From an uncultured Bifidobacteriaceae bacterium (lineage in GTDB: Bacteria > Acidobacteriota > Vicinamibacteria > Vicinamibacterales > UBA2999), in assembly GCA_964372085.1 (NCBI GenBank), contig CAYJPQ010000009.1, forward strand, positions 12,415-76,414: a stretch of 64,000 nt of DNA, given 5' to 3'. The translations under genes and the position numbers were made by a program. The notes under the pieces were generated by a model that saw nothing but the letters and a program-made list of their open reading frames with translations, was not told the DNA's origin and did not search any database. Position 1 is the first letter of the stretch. Every line of letters starts with the position of its first letter. This document shows, one piece after another, positions 1-6,947 of this stretch.

Positions 1-1389
1 GGCCAGCGCATGCAGCAGGAGGTCCACCGCACCGCCCTGCAGACGCTCGCCACCCTCAACGCGCTCGCCTCGGGTCTCGCGCGGGTGCCTGGACCGAAGA
101 CAGTGGTCCTGCTGAGCGACGGCTTCGTCACCCTCGACATCGACACTACGCTTCGAGCCGTGGTCGGGCAGACGACGCGGGCCGGCGCGCGCGTGTATGC
201 GATCGATGTCCGGGGCCTGGGCCGCGCGGCCAATCCGGGCATCATCGATCAGGCGCACGTCGAGGATCCGTACGGCGCGGTCACCAGGTTCGATGCGGTC
301 GTCGACGGTCCGCACAGCCTCGCCATCGACACCGGCGGGCTGATGATCCGGAACGAGAATAACCTCGGCCGCGCACTCGACCGCATCGCGGACGATTCCG
401 GGCGCTACTACGTGCTGGCCTACCAGCCATCCAACTCGACCTTCGACGGCCAGTACCGTCCAATCCAGGTGCGCGTCAAGCGCGACGGACTGCGCGTGCG
501 CGCGCGACGGGGCTACCTCGCGCTGCCCTCGTCGCGCCTGCTGATACCGCAGCCAATCGAGCCGAAGGCCGGGGGCGCGCCCGAGCGCTCGGCGGCCGGC
601 GCCGACGAGCCTCCGCGAGACGATCCCGAGGGGCCAGGCGCGGCGCGGCTGCCCGCCTCCGCCCCTGCCGCGGCGGCGGCGCCCTCCGCCGAGGCGACGG
701 CCGCCGCCATCCGGCTCAGGCCCGGCGCCGAGGCGCGCATCACGGCGCTGTCCACCGGAGAGCCGGCTGCCGCGGGCTCGCTCGCCGCCGCCGGATGGGA
801 CGCCTACCAACGCGGGGACGTCGAGTCGGCGCTGGCGGCCTTCTCGAAGGCGGCCTCCGAGCCCGACGCGCGGCCGTGGGTACTCTACGCGCTCGGCATG
901 TCGCAGGCGGCGCTCGGCCAGGCCGCGGGTGCCATCGCCTCGTGGGAGCGCGTCCGCCGCGCCGCGCCTGACTTTCAGCCCGTGTACATGGATCTGGCTG
1001 ACACCTATGCGGCGCTCTCGGATCTCACCTCGGCGCTCGCCACCGTCCGCGAGGCGGAAGCGCGTTGGCCCTCGAATCCGGACGTCCACAGTGCGATTGG
1101 CGTCATCCTGGTGCGGCGCGGCGCGCTCGATGACGGCATTGCGGCGTTGCTCAGGGCAACCGAGCTGGCCCCTGACGATGGGCTCGCGTACCTGAACCTG
1201 GGGCGGGCCTACGCCCTTCGCTATCAGCGGGGCCGTCGCTACGTAACGAGCCAGCGCCGCTGGGTCGCCCCCGATGAGGATCGGCGGAGGGCCATCGAGG
1301 CGCTCGATCGCTCCGTGCGGATCGGCGGGCCCTACGCGGCGCGCGCGAAAGAGGAGCTCACCTTCCTGGAGTGGTCGAAGCAGGGATGA
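1..1389 (+). CDS. vWA-domain protein, C-terminal part with Ala/Pro-rich linker and TPR-like repeats (5' end cut by window edge)
   Basis: ORF 10..1389 stays open back to base 1. VVLLSDGF...RVYAIDVRGLG resembles the vWFA-related domain frequent in Acidobacteria. The C-terminal half has TPR-like helices (AYQRGDVESALAAFSKA, ADTYAALSDLTSALATVREAEARWP). Confidence 0.7.
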   Translation, partial: GQRMQQEVHRTALQTLATLNALASGLARVPGPKTVVLLSDGFVTLDIDTTLRAVVGQTTRAGARVYAIDVRGLGRAANPGIIDQAHVEDPYGAVTRFDAVVDGPHSLAIDTGGLMIRNENNLGRALDRIADDSGRYYVLAYQPSNSTFDGQYRPIQVRVKRDGLRVRARRGYLALPSSRLLIPQPIEPKAGGAPERSAAGADEPPRDDPEGPGAARLPASAPAAAAAPSAEATAAAIRLRPGAEARITALSTGEPAAAGSLAAAGWDAYQRGDVESALAAFSKAASEPDARPWVLYALGMSQAALGQAAGAIASWERVRRAAPDFQPVYMDLADTYAALSDLTSALATVREAEARWPSNPDVHSAIGVILVRRGALDDGIAALLRATELAPDDGLAYLNLGRAYALRYQRGRRYVTSQRRWVAPDEDRRRAIEALDRSVRIGGPYAARAKEELTFLEWSKQG

Positions 1390-2198
1390 CAGCCCCACGA
1401 GCCGGCGTGGCCTTCGTCTGCCTCGGCCTGTCGATCGCCTGCGGAGGCGGCGGCGGGAGCTCGCCCTCGGGGCCCACGGCGCCGACGCCGGTGTCGGCCG
1501 GAGGCCCATCAGAAAGCGCGTGCGGGGCGCTCGGCGTGACCTCTTCCGCGAGCATCCTTAACGGCGCCGAGTGTCCGACCGGCGCGTCGGCCGTCGTGCT
1601 GCTGAACATGCGCGATCGCGACGGCTTTGCGGTCGGCGCGTGCTCGGGGACCGTGATCGCCGAACGCGCCATCCTCACGGCGGCGCATTGCCTGTCCGCC
1701 GACGTGCACCTGGTCCGCGTCTACCTCGGGAGCGGCCCGGAGGTGGTGGCCGAATCCTTCACTCCGCATCCGGCCTACCGCAGCGGCGCCGCAGTCGCCG
1801 ACGTGGGCGTGGTCGTGATGGCCGAGCCGATCGGACGCCGGCCCCTGTCGCTGCTGCTGGGGCGCGACGCGCGGGTCGGCGAGCCGGCGGTCATCGCCGG
1901 CTGGGGGCGGAACCAGGACGACGTGCCCGCCACGTTAAGGGCCGGGATGACGACCATCACGGCCGCCAGCGGCACGGTGCTGGAAACGCAGTACGCGGCC
2001 AGCGCCAGTTCGGTGTGCTCGGGGGATTCCGGAGGGCCGATCCTGCTGTCGGAGGGCGGCGCCTGGGCCGTCGGCGGTGTGACGTCGTCGACCTCGGCGA
2101 ATATCTGCAACGCCGGCACCAACTACTACGTCGCGATTCGCAACGCCAGCGTCTCGTCGTTCGTGCTGGGCCTGGTCCCCGACGCCGCCCAGCGGTAG
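1386..2198 (+). CDS. Trypsin-like (S1 family) serine protease, probable lipoprotein
   Basis: Catalytic motifs TAAHC (His) and GDSGGP (Ser), with a candidate Asp in ADVGVV. Lipobox-like LSIAC followed by a Gly/Ser linker. ATG 1386 overlaps the upstream stop (ATGA). GTG 1371 is an alternative start. Confidence 0.8.
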   Translation: MTAPRAGVAFVCLGLSIACGGGGGSSPSGPTAPTPVSAGGPSESACGALGVTSSASILNGAECPTGASAVVLLNMRDRDGFAVGACSGTVIAERAILTAAHCLSADVHLVRVYLGSGPEVVAESFTPHPAYRSGAAVADVGVVVMAEPIGRRPLSLLLGRDARVGEPAVIAGWGRNQDDVPATLRAGMTTITAASGTVLETQYAASASSVCSGDSGGPILLSEGGAWAVGGVTSSTSANICNAGTNYYVAIRNASVSSFVLGLVPDAAQR

Positions 2199-2228
2199 GC
2201 TCCGGCCGCCGGCACGTCCCCGCGCCGG

Positions 2229-3167
2229 CTACTTGATCGAGTCGAGGATCTTCTTCGCCGTCGCCAGCTCCGGCGCATCGGCCGGCGCCATCGACACGTA
2301 TTTCTCGAAATCCACCTTCGCCTCGGCGGTCATCCCCTGCGACATGCGCGCGATCCCGCGGTAGTAGTAGCCGTCGGCGTGCTCGGGGAAGCGTGCGACG
2401 GCCTTGTCGAACCACGCCGCCGCCTCCGCGCCCTTCTGATCGTTGAGCAGCGCGATCCCCATGTTGAGGAACACCGTCGGATCGACAACGGTCGACTCGT
2501 CGACGGACGAAACGATCCGGCGAGCCTCGTCGGCGTGTCCCGTCTCCATCAGCGTGTTGCCAAGCAGCAGCATGACCTCGGCGTTGCCGGGATCCTGTTC
2601 CAGCGCCCTGCGGAGGTGCTCGATCGCGGCCTCCTTGTTGCCCTCGCCGTGGTAGCTGCGGGCGATGAGGGGCCGGAACTGCTTCACCTCGGGATAGGCC
2701 GCCGCGAGCTCCTCGTAGATCGCCCTGGCGGCGCCGAACTGCTTGGCGTTCATCAGGCCAGCCGCCTCAGTGAGCTTCTCGCGGATCTCGACGTTGGGAT
2801 CCACGACCGGCGCCGCCTGCCGCTTGAGGGCGATCTCCATCGGCGGGATGCGCCCCGATTCCATCACGGTCACCGTGATGCTGCGCGTCTCGTAGCCATC
2901 TTTTGCGAAGTCGAGCGCCCACTGGCCGCCGGCGATGCCGCCGATCGCCCATTCCCCCTTCGCGTTCGACCGGGTCCCGGGCCCACGGTTGCCGGCGCGG
3001 GGCATCATCGCCTTGACCGTCACGCCTTCCACGGGTTTGCCGGCCTCGTCGACGACCTTGCCGCCGACTCGACCCATGCCACGCCACTCCTGCGAGGCGA
3101 CGACGGCCGCGAACACGAGCACGGCCAGCATCGTCGTACCAACCGATTTCACCCACCGAGTCGTCAT
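2229..3167 (-). CDS. Secreted carboxypeptidase-regulatory-like domain plus TPR repeat protein
   Basis: Signal/TM segment MLAVLVFAAVVASQ. GKVVDEAGKPVEGVTVKA...DGYETRSITVTV looks like a CarboxypepD_reg fold, followed by TPR helices. ATG 3167 has GGAGAA 7 nt upstream. The track start at 3209 is probably an over-extension. Confidence 0.65.
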   Translation of the reverse strand: MTTRWVKSVGTTMLAVLVFAAVVASQEWRGMGRVGGKVVDEAGKPVEGVTVKAMMPRAGNRGPGTRSNAKGEWAIGGIAGGQWALDFAKDGYETRSITVTVMESGRIPPMEIALKRQAAPVVDPNVEIREKLTEAAGLMNAKQFGAARAIYEELAAAYPEVKQFRPLIARSYHGEGNKEAAIEHLRRALEQDPGNAEVMLLLGNTLMETGHADEARRIVSSVDESTVVDPTVFLNMGIALLNDQKGAEAAAWFDKAVARFPEHADGYYYRGIARMSQGMTAEAKVDFEKYVSMAPADAPELATAKKILDSIK

Positions 3168-3227
3168 GGAGCCATTCTCCCGCTTCCGCACCCGGCCCTC
3201 GGCCTTCACGAGCCCGAGCCTCCGGAC

Positions 3228-3268
3228 AAAAAAAAGACCCGGAACCCGGCGGCACGCCAGGTTCCGGG
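3228..3268 (-). terminator. Rho-independent terminator downstream of the 3288..6134 gene
   Basis: 9-bp stem CCCGGAACC (3238-3246) / GGTTCCGGG (3260-3268), followed on the minus strand by a run of eight U (A-run 3228-3235 on plus). Confidence 0.75.
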
Positions 3269-3287
3269 AATCACGAGTCGCGGAAGG

Positions 3288-6134
3288 CTAGAAGTTGAAC
3301 CGCAGGCCGAGCCGAAGCACTCGCGGGTTCATGATCTCCTGCACGTTGTTCGCCGTCGTCACCCGTAGGTCGAACTGGCGGCCGAGCACGGTGTTGCTGT
3401 TCAGCGCGTTGAACAGGTCGAGGTCGACGTTCAACCGCGCGCGCCGGATCTGGACCTCCTTGCCGAGGCGCAGGTCGAGCGAGGTGACACTCGGCAGGCG
3501 CAGCGTGTCAACGTCGTCGACCAGGAGCACGGTCTTGCGCGACGCGAGCGGGTCGGCGGTGGGCACCGACGAGCGGAAGTACGGCGTGGCGAAGCCCTGG
3601 CGCGTGACCATGTTGCCGGCCACGTTGATGCCCCACGGCATCTGGTACAGACCGGTGAGGATGAACTGATACTTCGGCAGCACCTGGTAGATGTTGCTCT
3701 TGCCGCTGCCCGAGCTCCGGCGGATGACGATCCCGCCGTCCTTGTTGGGGCTCGTCGGCGACGCCGTCGGGTCCCCCAACGCGTCGGGGCTGTCGTAATA
3801 CTCCCGGTGGACGTTGGTCGAGAAGCCGAAGCGTGCCATCCAGCGGTTCGAGAGCCGCTTGGTCGCCGCCAGCTCGAGCCCGAGGAATCGCTGCGAGTAG
3901 TCCGGGTTCTCCATGTAGGTCGTCGCCGCCCGGTTGGCCGGCAGGTGTCCGGGCATCACGCCGTAGATCGGCACGCTGTAGCTGCCGATGGCCGGGTGGG
4001 TGCCGGTCAAGGTGTCGATCTGCTGGTAGTCGGAGCTGCGAAGGCCGTTGTCGCGCCGGGTGAAGTGGGTGAACCGGCGCCAGGTGAACGTCCCGCTCAC
4101 ACCGAAGTTCGGCATGAGCTCGCGGTCCGCGCCGAGCTGCATCTCGTGGGTCACGGGCGTCTTGTACGCGCCGACCTTGTGGATGGGCTCCGCGACGTTG
4201 GACGGGTTGTCGATGTCGAACCCGTACCAGTTCTCTGGCGTCCGGCCGGCGATCTCGCTGGCGTCGACGACCTTGTTGCCGTTCAAGTCCGGCACGTTGT
4301 AGAAATACACGCCCCGATATGCGACGGTCGACAGGAAGTTGCCCGCCCCGGAGTTCAACTGGGAGGCGAACACTCCGTAGCTGGCGCGCAGCAGCGTCTT
4401 GCGCGACTCGTCGAGCGCGTACGAGAGGCCGATGCGCGGCGTGATGGAATTCCACACGATCACGTCGTCTCTCGCGGTGCTGGTCAGATCGGGCAGCAGG
4501 GCGGGCAGCGAGGCGTTCCCCGTCTGCGAGAGCGCCCTCACCGAGGACGCCTGGCGGTCCCAGCGCAGCCCGGCGTTCAGCGTCAGCCGATCCCAGGTGA
4601 GCGTGTCACCGATGTACGCGTTCATGTACGTGCCGCCAGCCGACGCGTTGTCGTTCCACACCGTGACCTCGGCGGTCATGTTCGGGTAGCCGTCGTGATA
4701 GGTGGCGATCTTGGCGTCGCCCGGCACGATCGTCGTCGAATCGACGTCCGCGGTCCGCCAGCCGAACCCGAACTTCAGCTCGTTGCGGCCCATGAAGACG
4801 TTGCCGTCAAGCGAGGCGTTCTTCTGCGGACGAACCGTCTCGTAGTGGATGTACGAGCCGCGCACCGAACCGGCGTCGTCAATGTAGTACGGCGTGCTCA
4901 GCCCGCCCTGCGGCGTCAGGGCGAACCCGCCGTCGACGTACGCATAGCGCCCGGTGACGAAGAAGTTGCTGCCGACGACGAGGTTGCCTTCGCCCTTGTA
5001 GAGGGTCGTCGGGCCGCTCTGGTTCCAGGTCGTTTCCGGCGGCCGGGTCGTGCCGGCGCCACGGCCGTACTTCAGCTTGTCGCCCCGGAAGTAGGTGAAG
5101 TTGGCGCGGATGGCGTCGGACAACTGCGCCGTCGTCTTGAGCGAGCGGTTGTCCAGGATCGTCTGGTCCGGCGTGTTCGCAAGGGTCAGCAGGGTCACGT
5201 CGGTCTTGCCATACGCGCCCCAGGCCCACACCTTGTCCTTCCAGATGGGTCCGCCGAGCTCGAAACCGTAGTCCCGGTAGTTGTCGATGCGGTTGCCCTT
5301 GCCGGTCTTGCCGCCGATCGTGGACTTGAGATCGTCGGGCATGTTGTTCGCCTGCATGCTCTCGGTCTCGTAGTACACCCGGGACGACCCCCGCACCGAG
5401 TTGCTGCCCGACTTGAGCACGAAGTTGAGCGCGACGCCAGGCGTCGCGTTCTGCAGGTCGGCGCCGCCCGTCGTCACGTTCATCTCCTGGAACATGTCGA
5501 AGTCGTAGTAGGTGGGCGAGGAGCCGAGGGCGGACATGTCGGTGATGGCGATGCCGTCGATGTTCCACGTGTTCTCGCCGCTCGACGCGCCCTTGGCCTG
5601 GTAGTTCGACTGCTGCCCCGACTCGGCGCCGCCGACGTTCACACGGTCGACGATGACGCCGGGGACCGTCTGCAGCACAACCCACGGATCGCGGGCGGAC
5701 GGAATCTGCTGGAGCTCGTCGTTGGTGACGTTGGTCCGCGTGGCGGTCTGTTTCGGGTCGATGACCGGCGATTCGGCCGTCACCTCGACCGTCTGCGTGA
5801 TGGCGCCGACCTCGAGCACGACCTTCAGCGGCATGCCGCCGCCGGCGACCACCGGCACGTTGCGGTTGGTGTACTGGTTGAATCCCCCCAGTGTGGCCGC
5901 CACGGTGTAGACGCCGGGCGCGAGGCCGAGGAAGTGGACCTCGCCCTTCGTATCGGTCACCGCGGAGGCACCCTGGGGGCCGGTCAGGTCCACCGTGACG
6001 CCCGGTAGGACGGCGTCGCTGGTATCGATGACGGTGACGTCGATACGGCCGGTGTAGACCTGCGCGTTGGACGGCGCCGCCAATGTCAGCGTCAACGCCG
6101 CGAGGACTCCCAAACGAACAATGAGCAGTCTCAT
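3288..6134 (-). CDS. TonB-dependent-receptor-like outer-membrane protein with N-terminal carboxypeptidase-regulatory-like domain
   Basis: Signal peptide MRLLIVRLGVLAALTLTLAAPSNAQ. GRIDVTVIDTSDAVLPGVTVDL...GVYTVAATLGGF resembles CarboxypepD_reg. A long beta-rich body ends in LRLGLRFNF (C-terminal Phe typical of OM barrels). Start at ATG 6134 with GGAGAGG upstream. The track start at 6329 is an extension. Confidence 0.8.
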   Translation of the reverse strand: MRLLIVRLGVLAALTLTLAAPSNAQVYTGRIDVTVIDTSDAVLPGVTVDLTGPQGASAVTDTKGEVHFLGLAPGVYTVAATLGGFNQYTNRNVPVVAGGGMPLKVVLEVGAITQTVEVTAESPVIDPKQTATRTNVTNDELQQIPSARDPWVVLQTVPGVIVDRVNVGGAESGQQSNYQAKGASSGENTWNIDGIAITDMSALGSSPTYYDFDMFQEMNVTTGGADLQNATPGVALNFVLKSGSNSVRGSSRVYYETESMQANNMPDDLKSTIGGKTGKGNRIDNYRDYGFELGGPIWKDKVWAWGAYGKTDVTLLTLANTPDQTILDNRSLKTTAQLSDAIRANFTYFRGDKLKYGRGAGTTRPPETTWNQSGPTTLYKGEGNLVVGSNFFVTGRYAYVDGGFALTPQGGLSTPYYIDDAGSVRGSYIHYETVRPQKNASLDGNVFMGRNELKFGFGWRTADVDSTTIVPGDAKIATYHDGYPNMTAEVTVWNDNASAGGTYMNAYIGDTLTWDRLTLNAGLRWDRQASSVRALSQTGNASLPALLPDLTSTARDDVIVWNSITPRIGLSYALDESRKTLLRASYGVFASQLNSGAGNFLSTVAYRGVYFYNVPDLNGNKVVDASEIAGRTPENWYGFDIDNPSNVAEPIHKVGAYKTPVTHEMQLGADRELMPNFGVSGTFTWRRFTHFTRRDNGLRSSDYQQIDTLTGTHPAIGSYSVPIYGVMPGHLPANRAATTYMENPDYSQRFLGLELAATKRLSNRWMARFGFSTNVHREYYDSPDALGDPTASPTSPNKDGGIVIRRSSGSGKSNIYQVLPKYQFILTGLYQMPWGINVAGNMVTRQGFATPYFRSSVPTADPLASRKTVLLVDDVDTLRLPSVTSLDLRLGKEVQIRRARLNVDLDLFNALNSNTVLGRQFDLRVTTANNVQEIMNPRVLRLGLRFNF

Positions 6135-6313
6135 TCCCACCTCTCCTGGATTAACGGCAACGTCATGCCCAGCCATGCGGCAAGGCCGCCCGAGGGCGTG
6201 CCGACCGCGCCACTGGACGCCACGGCCCCTCGCCGGGGGCACTTCAAGTCCCGACAGTCGGCCGGAGTCTACTGCTGAATGGCGGCCGAGGCAACACGGA
6301 TGCCGGGGCTTAA

Positions 6314-6360
6314 TTGAACGCTCGTTCAAAACCTGCCATGATAAGGAGCGCTATTGGCAC
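6314..6360 (+). promoter_or_regulatory. AT-rich motif copy 1: perfect 7-2-7 palindrome TTGAACG-CT-CGTTCAA, then CATGAT 17 nt after TTGAAC
   Basis: Read directly. About two thirds identical by manual alignment to 6725-6770 on the same strand. Could be an operator and/or a sigma70-like promoter (TTGAAC-17-CATGAT). Confidence 0.3.
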
Positions 6361-6724
6361 CCAAACGCCTTCTTTCACGCGTTGACCGGAAATGCTGGGG
6401 TTTGAGCCCGCCCGGGAGGCCTGGTCGCACGTCAGGGTTGTTCGATGAGGAGCAGTCATTAGGCCGCCCGCCGCTGACCGCGGCGCTCCCAGAGCTCTTC
6501 GAAGCGGCCGTTCAGCTTGCAGCAGCGCAGGGCGACGATCGCGTCAGCCCCGGCGACGGTCCCATGCGCTTGCTCGTCCATCGCGGCGGCGGCAGCAGGG
6601 GCAGATCCTCGAGTTCCTGCACGCCCTTCACGGTCGTGACCCGAGACAGGCCACACGCTCGACTGAAAGTCGACACGCCGCCATGGCCGAGTTGACGCGC
6701 CTCGCTGGCCGCAGCTGGGTACTA

Positions 6725-6770
6725 TCAAACGATTGTTCAAAAAAGCTGGTATGATGGTTGGCGATATCGG
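6725..6770 (+). promoter_or_regulatory. AT-rich motif copy 2 (TCAAACGATTGTTCAAAAAAGCTGGTATGATGG), candidate promoter/operator of the 6948 receptor gene
   Basis: Shares CG.T.GTTCAAAA...CTG..ATGAT...GGCG.TAT.GGC with copy 1. TATGAT at 6750-6755 lies about 190 nt upstream of ATG 6948. Confidence 0.3.
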
Positions 6771-6947
6771 CCCGTCCCGTTTTTCGCAGTTCGTCACCGA
6801 AAAAGGGGGATGGAACCGGTTTCGCGTGTACTACCCCCGTTGACTAGGGGCCGGTGGGTTAAAATCGGGGGCTGACTGAATTTGCAGGTTGTTCCCCGTA
6901 TCGATGCCTCTGTTTGTGTGTGTTTTGCTTTCCAAGGAGGAAAGGTG

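Noticed and set aside
6200-6225. GCCACTG (cobalamin-riboswitch B12-box-like heptamer) upstream of TonB-like receptor genes
   Set aside because: It lies on the plus strand, so it cannot be in the 5' leader of the adjacent minus-strand gene, and it is about 740 nt from the plus-strand gene. I could not find the rest of the conserved riboswitch core around it. An Infernal/Rfam scan would settle it.
6459-6797. 112-aa minus-strand ORF (and 6354..6695 on plus) inside the long intergenic region. The C-terminal ..DAIVALRCCKLNGRFEELWERRGQRRAA looked vaguely protein-like.
   Set aside because: It has no RBS and no motif I can place. Most of the translation is low complexity, and it overlaps the repeated AT-rich motif. 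It could be a gene remnant, but BLASTX would be needed, so it is not reported as a CDS.
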